Assembly: GCF_009914755.1 (NCBI RefSeq)
Contig: NC_060926.1
Source of the DNA: the human T2T-CHM13v2.0 reference genome, Homo sapiens
DNA: 64,000 nt
Strand: one strand, 5' to 3'
Shown one piece after another: positions 1 to 15,283 of this stretch (positions within the stretch are counted from its first letter, which is position 1; each line of letters opens with the position of its first letter). The notes under the pieces are model-generated. The model saw only the letters and a program-made list of their open reading frames with translations, did not search any database and was not told the origin of the DNA. The translations under genes were made by a program, and so were the position numbers.

Positions 1-98
1 TAGCTGGGGGTCAGGTTTTCCAAGCAACCAGGGATTTTCTTTGCTTTTAGGCATTTTCTTGTCATCTTGAATGAAAAGTATTAAATACTATGTAACAA

Positions 99-392
99 TT
101 TTTTTTTCTTTGAGACAAGGTCTCACTCTGTCACCCAGACTGGAGTACAGTGTTATGATCACAGCTCACTGCGGCCTCAACCTCCCAGGCTCAGGTGATC
201 CTCTCTCCTCATCCTCCCAGGTAGCTGGGACTACAGGGGTACGCCAACATGCCTGGCTAATTTTTTGTATCTTTAGTAGAGATGGAGTTTTGCCATGTTG
301 TCCAGGCTTGTCTTGAACTCGGGCTCAAGTGATCCTCCCACCTTGGCCCCCCAAAGTGCTGGGATTATAGGCATGAGCTACTGCGCCTGGCC
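99..392 (-). mobile_element. Alu (AluJ-like)
   Basis: Poly-T followed by reverse-complement Alu dimer ending ...ctgcgcctggcc; flanking direct repeat aacaatttttt. Confidence 0.93.
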
Positions 393-840
393 AACAATTT
401 TTTAAAGATAAGGAATTACCATTAAAACCAATGATTCTTAACTCCATCCAGGCGCAACTCCCTTCCTATTATAGATATTTTATAAGACCTGCTTACAATT
501 CTGTCATTAACTAAATAGACTATATAACTTACAAGTGAACATAATTTAAAAAAGCAACATAACACCTGATTATGTAAAGGAGTAATAAAAGCAAAGTTGT
601 TTATAATATAGTATGTATTTCAAAAGGTAAATATCTAGTTTTGACTTCTAGACAAAATAACTTAGATGCTTACTTACACTAATATATAGAATAAATGTAA
701 ATGAGACAGCTATACATGTAGTCTGATATAGGTGTGTTATATTGGAAACTTTAAAATCATATGCAGCATTGCTAGTGATTATGTGATTTTCCTAAATGTT
801 GAATACCTTATGGTATATTTCTAACAAAATATTCCTGGAA

Positions 841-1174
841 GCTGGGCTTGGTGGCTCATGTCTGTAATACCAGCACTTTAGGAGGCCAAGGAAGGAGGAT
901 CACTTGATGCCAAAGTTCAAGACCAGCCTGGGCAACATTGGGAGACCCCCATCTCTAAAAAAAAAAAAAAAAAAAAAAAAACAAAAGCTGGGCATGGTAG
1001 TTACTACTACCATGCTACATGATAGGACTACCCCTGTAGTCCTAGCTACTCAGGAGACTGAGGTTGAGGTTGGAGGACTGCTTGAATCTAGGAGTTTGAG
1101 GATGCAGTGAGCTATGATCATGCCACTGCACTCCAGCCTGGGCAATAGAGCAAGGCCCTGTCTCTTTAAAAAAA
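841..1174 (+). mobile_element. Alu (AluJ-like) with expanded middle A-tract and an internal templated insertion
   Basis: Alu dimer; 25-nt A run at 957-981; TSD-like attcctggaa / tttctggaa. Confidence 0.92.
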
Positions 1175-1378
1175 ATTTCTGGAAAATTTAAATCTATTAA
1201 ACACATGAAGAAACTACTTGGTATTTATTTGCAAAATGAATTAAGTTCTAATTTTAGATCATTAAAAACACCTTTTTCAGCTAGAGATATGTCTTTGGTG
1301 GACTTTGAAAAGTATGCGAGATGTAGGGCAATTCTTACTGCATGGGACAGTCTTATGCATTTTAAGAAATTCTGTATT

Positions 1379-1676
<298 letters not shown>

Positions 1677-1919
1677 TAAGATGTAAAAAAAGAAATATTG
1701 TATTCCCAGTACCAATCCACTAAATGTTAGTTGCTTCCATTTGTAACACTACAAAAACTTTCTCACAAATGTTTAAAATGCTAACTAATAGTAATACCAC
1801 CCCTAATGAGAAACTCTATTATAAACAATGTCTGGCACTTGATATGTATTTAATACATGCTTATTGATTAGATGGATGAATGATTATATAAATATTAAAT
1901 CTCAAAAATAACTTTAATT

Positions 1920-2285
1920 TCTGACTGTAAGTATCAGAAAACCCAACCAACAGTAGTTTAGACAAATTAGAGTATATAACTTTTCACTAAGAAGTTTGGA
2001 GTTAGGCAACCCAGGATTGGTCCCACAGCTCATGATGTCATCATTGTTTATGGTTTCTGTTTTATTTCTATTTAGCCATTCTTAGCAAATGTGTTACTTC
2101 CTAATGAATTAAAGATGGGTGCTTCATCTCTGGTTCTCACATCTATATTCGAAGCAGAAAAGTGGAAGGAAGAGGAAAGGATCATTGCCCACAGACTTCC
2201 TCTTCTCTTATTGGCCAGAACTATGTCACATGATCAGTGCTAGCTGCAAGGGAAGCTATCATCCTCTCCCTCAAAGTAATACTGC
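1920..2285. mobile_element. Old MaLR LTR (MLT1J/K-like)
   Basis: ttggccagaactatgtcacatg...tagctgcaagggaagct motif typical of old MLT1 LTRs. Confidence 0.55.
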
Positions 2286-2305
2286 TGCCATATAAAATAT
2301 AAACA

Positions 2306-2773
<468 letters not shown>

Positions 2774-2869
2774 TTATAATGGTTTCACAGGAAGTGGGGT
2801 GGAGAACAGAAGACAAAGCTTGAGGTCTGCCCAGTGTTTGGAGTCTAATAGTAGACCTTGACTCAAAGT

Positions 2870-3850
2870 TGGAATATGAAATGGCAAGCCACAAACTATA
2901 GAAAATATTCATGAAGATGTGTGTTCAGAATATGTAAAAACTTCTACAAATAGGTATCAAAAAGAAAACCCAATTTTAACCAGGAACAAAAGTCTTGGCA
3001 AGACACTTTAAAAAAGAAGATACGCTAATAGCCAATAAGGCCATGAAAAGACACTCAACATCATTAATCATCAGGCAAATGCAAATTAAAAGCACAATGA
3101 GATACTATGACACATCCATTAGAAGGGTTAAAATTTAAAAGACTAATCAAACCAAATATTGGAGAGGATATAGAGCAACTAGGACTTTCATACATTTCAT
3201 ATATTGCTGATAGAAATATAAAATATGCAATCATTTTGGAAACTGCTTTGCAATTTCTTAACATGTTAAACACATACCTACTATATATCTTAAGATGTTA
3301 AACACATACCTACTATATATCCAAGATAAGTGAAAATATATGTCTACACAAAAGCTTGTACATGAATGATCATAGCACCATTAATAATAATAGTCAAGAA
3401 GTAGAAACAACCCAAATGTCCATCAACTGATAAAAGCATACACAAAATATAGTATATCCATACAATGGAATATTGTTTAGCTGTAAAAAGGAATAAAGTA
3501 CTGATACATGCTACGATATGGATGGACCTTGAAAACATGATGACACATGAAAGAAGCCAGACATGCAAAAAAATACATATTATATGATACCATTTACATA
3601 GCATGTATCCAGAATGGGTAAACTCATACAAACAGAAAGATGGTTAGTGGTTGTTGGGGGCTGGAAGAGAAGGAAGTGGGGAGTGACTTCTAATGAGTAG
3701 AAGGTTTCTTTTTAGGGTGATAAAATATTCTGGAATTAGATAGTGGTTATGCTTGCATAACTGTGCCAAAAACCACTGGATTGTATACTTTAAATATGGG
3801 TGGATTGTATGGCATCTGAGTTACATCTCAATAAAGTTGTTGTTAAAAAA
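2870..3850 (+). mobile_element. Old L1 3' end (L1MB/L1ME-like)
   Basis: ORF2 C-terminal remnants (gcaaattaaaagcacaatgagatac, caacccaaatgtccatcaactga) and a 3'UTR ending ctcaataaagttgttgttaaaaaa. Confidence 0.85.
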
Positions 3851-4002
3851 TATATATAAGCTATATACATCATCAACACTGCCACCATCCCAATTACCAT
3901 TGCCAATATCTTGGTATACAGCCTTCTAAACTCATTTCTGTGCATCACATATACTTGTTAAAGAATGAAAATTGGATTACACCATGCATATCCTTTAAGA
4001 AG

Positions 4003-4308
<306 letters not shown>

Positions 4309-4726
4309 ACTTTATAGAAAGTATTTTAAATTACAACACACATGACTTTATAATCATAAAGTAATATCAGACTGGAAGACCATTGTCTTTTTTCTGATTT
4401 TAGGAGTAAAACTGTCAGTCTTTCATCATTAAATATTATATGAGTTCTGGGGTTTTCATAGATTCTCTTTATCAGGTTAAGTTCCCTTTTACTCCCCATT
4501 TGCCAAGTGTTTTTTTTTTTTTTTTTAAATCATGACATGGTGTTGCATTTTGTCAAATGCATTTTTTGCATTAATTGAGATGATCATATGGGATTTTTCT
4601 TTATTAATATGGTATAGCCTATTGATTGATTTCTTTATGTTGAGCCAACCTTGCATTCCTGTGATAAATCTTGTTTGGTTATGGTATAAAATCCTTTTTT
4701 AAGTGTAAATTGGCAAATTTTATTTA

Positions 4727-4931
4727 TTTATTTATTTATGAGAGGGTCTCGCTCTGTTGCCCAGGAGTGCAGTAGTGTAATCTTGGCCCACCACAACCTC
4801 CACCTCTTGGGCTCAAGCAATTCTCATGTCTCAGCCTCCCAAGGAGCTGAGACTATAGGCATGTGCCACCACACTTGGCTAATTTTTGTATTTTTTGGTA
4901 GAGGTGGGGTTCCACTGTGTTTGCCAGGCTG
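4727..4931 (-). mobile_element. 5'-truncated Alu inserted at the retrocopy poly(A) signal
   Basis: (ttta)n tail and right arm; 15-bp TSD ggcaaattttattta at 4712-4726 and 4932-4946. Confidence 0.9.
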
Positions 4932-5012
4932 GGCAAATTTTATTTAGACCTAATTAATCTACATATGAATGGACCTCACTGTCTCAATTATGGAGTTTCA
5001 TTATAACATCAT

Positions 5013-7592
<2,580 letters not shown>

Positions 7593-7918
7593 ACCATCCT
7601 TAGGGGTTATCTTGTTGCACTACCTAGTAGGTAAAAGTGCTTATGGGCTTTGTAGGCAATTCCATCATAAAACCCCGTGGGATAGGATCACCTCCCACCA
7701 ATCTTTTGCTGAGCAGTATTCCCTGATAAGATAACAGAAGTTTTTAATGCTTTGATTTTTTTCAGATTGGCATGATACAAATAGCAACAGACAAAAATAA
7801 TGTTAAAAAATAAACCAAATAAAAGGTTGTACACAATAACTTACATTTATTACAAACAAACAAAAAAAGGAGCGAGAGGAAATGGTCAGAAGCACAACAT
7901 ATAAGATTAAGAATTTTA

Positions 7919-8227
<309 letters not shown>

Positions 8228-10976
8228 GCTTACATTCTGCCCTAATGGCAGCATAAATTAATAGCTACAAGTGGCCATCTTGCTGCCTGCTTCAGCCAGA
8301 GGATACTTTTGAATAAATGGAGAGCAAATTTTGTGAAAAACACAGTATGAAGGAAGAAAGCTTGGTGAGTTTTCACTGCAGACTTTGTACTGACAGTGTT
8401 TTGGAGTGGCATCCCTTGAATGGCCTGGCAGCATTTCTAACATGAGAGTCCTCTGTAATTGGGCTAGGAGATAACTTTTCTTCTGACTGGGTGGGCATTT
8501 TCAGGTCTCCATATTTTTCTCAATAAAGCCAACAAATTGCACTGCATATTAGGTGGGCCCCAAGAATACTACTGGTTAGACTGTGTAGCACAGCAGCCCT
8601 CCCAGGCTTGCACTACAAGGGGATTCTGAGGCAGGAATGTCAACCTCATGGTTTCACTCATAGCACCAGGCTTGCCATTGCTGGTAGATATTTGGTTGGG
8701 ATTTGGTTTCCTGTAAATTGGGATATATACTTGTTTCAGCTTACTCTCAGTTTCTGCTGCTTTTAACCATTTCTGTTGCACATATCTGTCAGTAGTTCTC
8801 CACAAGAAATAACATTCAGTGATGCTAGTCAATGATTTCCAAGGGAAAAAGTTTTGGCATATGTCGTTGAAGTCTTTGCCATATTTTTTCCAGTACCTCT
8901 TCGAATAAGCTAGCTTAAGAGGCTGACCATTCTTCCAATTTATCTCTGCATAAAACAGCTTCTGCAAGTGGTACTGAGACACTAATTGCACTGCTCAAAT
9001 CATAGCTATGTCTACGCAATGTATTGATAGCATGAAAGAAGGTGATGTCTTGGGAAGCTGCAGCAGCACTCATATGCAAACTAGGCTGCCTCAAAGAACT
9101 GCTGCAATCGAGAGGTCTAGGGAGTGTCCCAATAGCACTTGCTACAATTAAAAACTGGTTAATTGATCAATCTTTAAGTGGGCTATTTGGATCCCCAAAC
9201 TTTAACTTTCCATTTTCACTGCTCCCTCTCATCTGATTCTCCTTCTATGAGCATTTCTGGGACATCTACTTGATATCTAGGTCCCATTCTGAATTCACCT
9301 TCATCAGCTAATAGTGTTTTCGATGAGGGGTCATGATCAATAAGTAGAAGAAAGTATCCTTTTTATGAAGATATGACAATACTGATTCTGTCTCATTCAT
9401 AAGCCAACACTGCATTTTCCCCTAATATGTGTTGAAGGCAAAGATTCATATTGGGGTAACAAAGAAAGTAACTTATGTTTTGATTGATGTTTCTGAGTAT
9501 TGGTCAAGTAAGGGTCAACTATTGTTTCAGATTCTTCCTCAATTTCTTTAGCATGCTTCTCCACAAGCATTATCAGTGTGTTAAAAATATCATGTAATCT
9601 GTAAAAGCATACTACTTTTGCTTCCATGTTGCCACTTGCAGTCTTGTCGAGATTTTCTATCCTGATTATTTATGGATTGCTGGAGGAATTCTCAAAGTAG
9701 ACAAAATCTCCTACCTGGTACATGTTGGCCGCCATGTCTGCCAGCCCCCGCTCCTGTTCACCGGGTCCCAGTTGAACCCCATTGCCACTACTGCAGCCTC
9801 ACGGGGAAGGTGCTCTGGGAGGGGGAAGAGAGGGAACAAGGGAAAGAGACAGTGAAGGGAAGGGGATGCTGAGTGGTCTAAAATGTTTTTATATGTTTTT
9901 TTGAATTCAGTTTGCCAGTATTTGGTTGAGCAATGTTGCTTCCATATTTATAAAGATATCGCTCTGTAGTTTTCTTTTCTTGTCATGTGTTTGTCTTGCT
10001 TTTATATCAGGGAAGTACTGACATCAAATATTGAGTTAGAAACTGTTCCCTCCTCTTTTATTATTTGCAAAAGCTTATGAAGAATCAGTAGTAATTCTTC
10101 TTCAAACGTTTGGTAGAATTCACCAGTAAATCTGTATAGTCCTGGGCCTTTTCAAAAGTTTTTTTATTACTAATTCAGACTCTTGTTATTGATCTTTTCA
10201 GATGTTCTATTCCTTTTTCAATTAGATTTGGTTGTTTGTATGTTTCTAGGAATTTGTCTATTTCATCTAAGTTATCTACTTTGTTGGCTTATAATTGTTC
10301 ATAGTATGCCTAATGTCTTAGTTGGCTTGGGTTGCCGTAACAAAATATCACAGACTGTGTGACTTAAACAACAGAAATTCATTTCTTACAGTTCTGGACT
10401 TTGGGAAGTCCAAGATCAAGGTCCTAGCTGATTTACTTCCTCTTGAGGGCTTGCTTCCTGACTTACAGACAGCCACTATCTTGATATGTCCTCACAAAGC
10501 TTTTCTTTGGTGCATGCATGTAAAGAGAGAGCACTAGAAAGAAGAGAGAGATGAGATCTCTCCCTCTTTTTTATTTTTTTTTTATTTCCGTAGGTTATTG
10601 GGGAACAGCTGATGTTTCGTTACATGAGTAAGTTCTTTGGTGGTAATTTTTGAGATTTTGGTGCACTCATCACCTGAGCAGTATACACTGTACACAATTT
10701 GTGGTCTTTTATCCCTCATCCCCTTCCCACCTTTTCCCCCTGAGTATCCAAAATCCATTTTGTCCTTCTTATGTCTTGGCATCCTCACAGCTTAACTCCC
10801 ACATATGAGTGAGAACATACGATGTTTAGTTTCCCACTCCTGAGTTACCTCACTTAGAATAATAGTCTCCAATCTCATCCAGGTCACTGTGAGTGCCATT
10901 AATTCATTCCTTTTTATGGCTGAGTAGTATTCCATCATATATATATATATTCACACACACACACCAGTTTCACATC

Positions 10977-11283
10977 TTTTTTTTTTTTTTTTTTTAGACA
11001 GGGTCTCATTCTGTCACCCAGGCTGGAGTGAAGTGGCACAATCACATCTCACTGTAACCTCCACCTCCTGGGTTCAAGTGATTCTCATGCCTCAGCCTCC
11101 TGAGTAGCTGCGATTACATATGTGCACCACCATGCCCGGCTCATTTTTTTGTATTTATTTTTAGTAGAAACAGGGTTTCACCATGTTCGGCAAGCTGGTC
11201 TTGAACTCCTGACCTCAAATGATCCATCTGCCTCGGCACCCCCAAAGTGCTGGGATTTCAGGCGTGAGCCACTATGCCCAGCC
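10977..11283 (-). mobile_element. Alu (AluS/J-like) in L1PB1
   Basis: Poly-T plus reverse-complement dimer. Confidence 0.92.
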
Positions 11284-12479
11284 TTATACCAGTTTATTTA
11301 TCCACATGTTAATTGATGGGCATTTGGGTTGGTTCCATGATTTTACTTGCAAATTATGCAACTAAAAACACGGGGGTGCAAGTATCTTTTTCATATGATG
11401 ACTTCTTTTTCTCTGGGTAGATACCCAATAGTGAGATTGCTGGATCAAATGGTAGTTCTACTTTTAGTTCTTTAAGGGATCTCCACACTGTTTTCCATAG
11501 TGGTTGTACTAGTTTACATTCCCACCAGCAGTGTAGAAGTGTTCCCTGTTCACTGCATCCATGCCAACATCTATTATTTTTTGATTTTTTGATTATGGCC
11601 ATTAATGTAATACCATTATGGTATCACATTGTGGTTTTGATTTCCATTTCCCTGATCATTAGTGACGTTGAGCATTTTTTCATATGTTTGTTGACCTTTT
11701 GTATATTTTCTTTTGAGAATAGCCCAATTTTTGATGGGATTGTTTGTTTTTTTCCTTGCTAATTTGTTGTAGATCCTGGGTATTAGTCTTTTGTCATATG
11801 TACAGATTGCAGAGATTTTCTCCCACTCTGTGGGTTGTCTGTTTACTCTGCTGACTGTTCCTTTTGCCATGCAAAAACTCTTTAGTTTAATAAGTCCCAG
11901 CTATATGTCTTTGTTTTGTTACATTTGCTTTTGGGTTTTTGGTCATGAAATCCTTGCCTAAGCCAATGTCTAAAAGGGTTTTTCCAAAGTTATCTTCTAG
12001 AATTTTTATAGTTTTATGTCTTAGATTTAAGTCCTTGATCCATCTTGAGTTGATTTTTGTATAAGGTGAGAGATAAGGAGCCAGTTTCATTCTCCTACGT
12101 GTGGCTTGCCAATCTTCCCAGCACCATTTGTTGAATAGGGTGTGTCCTTTCCCCACTTTATATTTTTGTTTGCTTTGTCAAAGATCAGTTGGCTTCATTT
12201 CTGGGTTCTCTATTCTGTTCCATTGGTCTATGTTCCTATTTTTATGCCAGTACCACGCTGTTTTGGTGACTATGGTCTTATACTATAGTTTGAAATCAGG
12301 TAATGTGATGCCTCTAGATATGTTCTTTTTGCTTAGTCTTGCTTTGGCTATGGAGGCTCTTATTTGGTTGCATACGAATTTTATAATTGTTTTTTCTAAT
12401 TCTGTGAAGAACGATGGTATTTTTATGGGAATTGCATTGAATTTGTAGATTGATTTTGGCAGCATGGTCATTTTCACAA

Positions 12480-12774
12480 TTTTTTTTTTTTTTGAGACAC
12501 AGTCTCACTCTGTCATCTGGGCTGGAGTGCAGTCACATGATCTTGGCTCACTGCAACACTTGAACCCTGGGTTCAAGTGATTCTCATGCCTCAGCCTCCT
12601 CAGTAGCTGGAATTACAGGTGTGCACTACCACTCCTGACTAATTTTTATATTTTTAGTAAAGAGGGGGTTTGCCATGTTGGCCAGGCTGGTCTTGAACTC
12701 CTGGCCTCAAGTTAGCCACCCATCTCAGCCTCTCAAAGTTCGGGGATTACAGGCCTGAGCCACTGCACCTGGCC
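12480..12774 (-). mobile_element. Alu (AluJb/Sz-like) in L1PB1
   Basis: Poly-T plus dimer; TSD tttcacaat. Confidence 0.92.
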
Positions 12775-12958
12775 ATTTCACAATATTGATTCTACCTATC
12801 CATGAGCATGAAATGTGTTTCCATTTGTTTGTGTCATCTATGATATATTTCAGCAGTGTTTTGCCATTTTGCTTGTAGAGGTCTTTCACCTCCTTGGTTA
12901 GGTATATTCCTAAGCATTTTATTTTATTTTTTTGCAGCTATTGTAAAAGGGGTTGAGT

Positions 12959-13266
12959 TTTGTTGTTGTTGTTGTTGTTGTTTTGAGACGAAATCTCACT
13001 CTATTGCCCAAGCTGGAGTACAGTGGCACAATCTCGGCTCACTGCAACCCCCACCTCCCAGGTTCAAGTGATTCTCCTGCCTCAGCCTCCTGAGTAGCTG
13101 GGACTACATGCACATGCCACCATGCCCAGCTAATTTTTTTGTATTTTTAGTAGAGACGAGGTTTCACTATGTTGGCCAGGCTGGTCTTGAACTCCTGATT
13201 TCGTGATCTGCCCACCTCGGCCTCCCAAAGTGCTGGGATTACAGGTGTGAGCCACCACGCCTGGCC
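12959..13266 (-). mobile_element. Alu (AluS) in L1PB1
   Basis: (ttg)n tail plus dimer; degenerate TSD ggttgagtt/ggtcgagtt. Confidence 0.93.
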
Positions 13267-13957
13267 GTGGTCGAGTTCTTAATTTAATTTTCAACTTGGT
13301 TGCTGTTGGTGTATAGAAGAGCTATTGATTTGCATACATTGATTTTGTATCCAGAAACTTTGCTGAATTCTTTTATCACTTCTAGGAGCTTTCTTGAGGA
13401 GTCTTTATGGTTTTCTAGGTAAAGGATCATATCATCAGCAAACAGCAACAGTTTGACTTCCTTTTTACCAATTTGTATGTCCTTTATTTCTCTCTTTTGT
13501 CTGATTGCTCTGGCTAGGATTTCCAGTCCTATGTTGAAGGGGAGTGGTGAGAGTGGGCATCCTTGTCTTATTCCAGTTCTCAGAGGGAATGCTTTCCACT
13601 TTTTTTTATTCAGTATTATTTTGGCTGTGGGCTTGTCATAGACAGCTTTTATTACATTGAGGTATGTCCCTTGTATGCTGATTTTGCTGAGAGTTTTAAT
13701 CATAAAGGGATGCTGGATTGCGTTGAATGCTTTTTCTGCATCTATTGAGATGATCGTGTGATTTTTGTTTTTGATTCTGTTTAAGTGGTGTATCACATTT
13801 ATTGACTTGCATATGTTAAACCACTGCCGCATCCCTGGTATGAAACCCACTTGATCATGGTGGATTATCTTTTTGATATGTTGTTTGACTTGGTTAGGTA
13901 GTACTTTGTTAAGTATTTTAACATCTATGTTCATCAGAGATATTGGTCTGTAGTTTT

Positions 13958-15283
13958 TGTGTCCGGAATTGGTGGGATCTTGGTCTCACTGACTTCAAGA
14001 ATGAAGCCAAGTACCCTTGCAGTGAGTGTTACAGTTCTTTAAGGCGGCATGTCTGGAGTTTGTTCCTTCTGATGTTCGGATGTGTTCCGAGTTTCTTCCT
14101 TCTGGTGGGTTCGTGGTCTCGCTAGCTCAGGAGTGAAGCTGCAGACCCTCCCGGTGAGTGTTACAGCTCTTAAGGCGGGCGTCTGGAGTTGTTCCTTCCT
14201 CCCTGTGGGCTTGCGGGCTCGCTGGCTTTAGGAGTTAAGCCGCAGACCTTCGCCGTGAGTGTTACAGCTCATAAAGGCAGTGTGGACCCAAAGAGTTAGC
14301 AGTAGCAAGATTTATTGCAAAGAGCGAAAGAACAAAGCTTCCACTGTGTGGAAGAGGACCCAAGCAAGTTGCCACTCTGTGGAAGGGGACCCGAGCGGGT
14401 TGCCACTGCTGGCTCGGGCAGCCTGCTTTTATTCTCTTATCTGGCCCCACCCACATCCTGCTGATTGGTAGAGCCGAGTGGTCTGTTTTGACAGGGCACT
14501 GATTGGTGCATTTACAATCCCTGAGTTAGACACAAAGGTTCTTCATGTCCCCACCAGATACAGAGTGTGGACACAAAGGTTCTGCAAGACCCCACCAGAG
14601 TAGCTAGATACAGAGTGCCGACTGGTGTATTTACAATCCCTTAGCTAGACATAAAGGTTCTCCACGTCCCCACCAGACTCAGGAGCCCAGATGGCTTCAC
14701 CCAGTGGATCCCCCACGGAGCCTGCAGGTGGAGCTACCTGCCAGTCCCGAGCCATGCGCCCACACTCCTCAGCCCTTGGGTGGTGGATGGGACTGGGCTC
14801 TTGGAGCAGGGGGCAGCACTCCTCGGGGAGGCTCAGGCGGCACAGGAGCCCACGGAGTGGGAGGGGAGGCTCAGGCATGTCGGGCTGCAGGTCCTGAGCC
14901 CTGTCCCGTGGGAAGGCAGCTAAGGCCTGGCCAGAAATTGAGCACAGCAGCTGCTGGCCAGGTGCTAAGCCCCTCACTGCCGGGGGCCAGTGGGGCCGGC
15001 CGGCGGCTCCGAGTGCGGGGTCCGCTGAGTCCATGCCCACCTGGAACTCGCGCTGGCCCACAAGCACCGGGCGCAGCCCCAGTTCCCACACGCGCCTCTC
15101 CCTCCACACCTCCCCGCAAGTTGAGGGAGCCAGCTCCAGCCTTGGCCAGCCCAGAAAGGGGCTCCCACAGTGCAGCGGGAGGCTGAAGGGCTCCTCAAGT
15201 GCCGCCAAAGTGGGAGCCCAGGCAGAGGAGGCGCCCAGAGCAAGTGAGGGCTGTGAGCACTGCCAGCACACTGTCACCTCTCA
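13958..15283 (-). mobile_element. LTR12C (ERV9) solo LTR
   Basis: Minus strand starts TGAGAGGTGACAG and ends CCAATTCCGGACACA; GC/CpG-rich U3; CCAAT-containing repeats (ctgattggt); 4-bp TSD tttt. Confidence 0.95.
14340..14660 (-). promoter_or_regulatory. LTR12C enhancer/promoter core (CCAAT repeats, AATAAAA TATA-like box, expected TSS near 14400)
   Basis: Two gattgg CCAAT boxes (about 14463 and 14501), GATA motifs and ttttattctc at 14427-14436; activity is inferred from known LTR12 biology. Confidence 0.6.

Noticed and set aside
2870-3850. Plus-strand L1 3' end as the missing 3' part of the U6/L1 chimera
   Set aside because: Orientation and order do not fit twin-priming and no shared TSD is visible; the chimera's 3' end appears to be deleted
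8569-9627. MTA3-like ORFs (140 aa and 76 aa) as a functional gene
   Set aside because: Intronless, with many frameshifts and stops, an Alu in the last codons and TSD/poly-A hallmarks: a processed pseudogene
14461-14680. Repeat-spacer-like array (tagacacaaaggttct, atttacaatccct)
   Set aside because: Known LTR12 U3 tandem enhancer repeats in a eukaryotic context; not CRISPR
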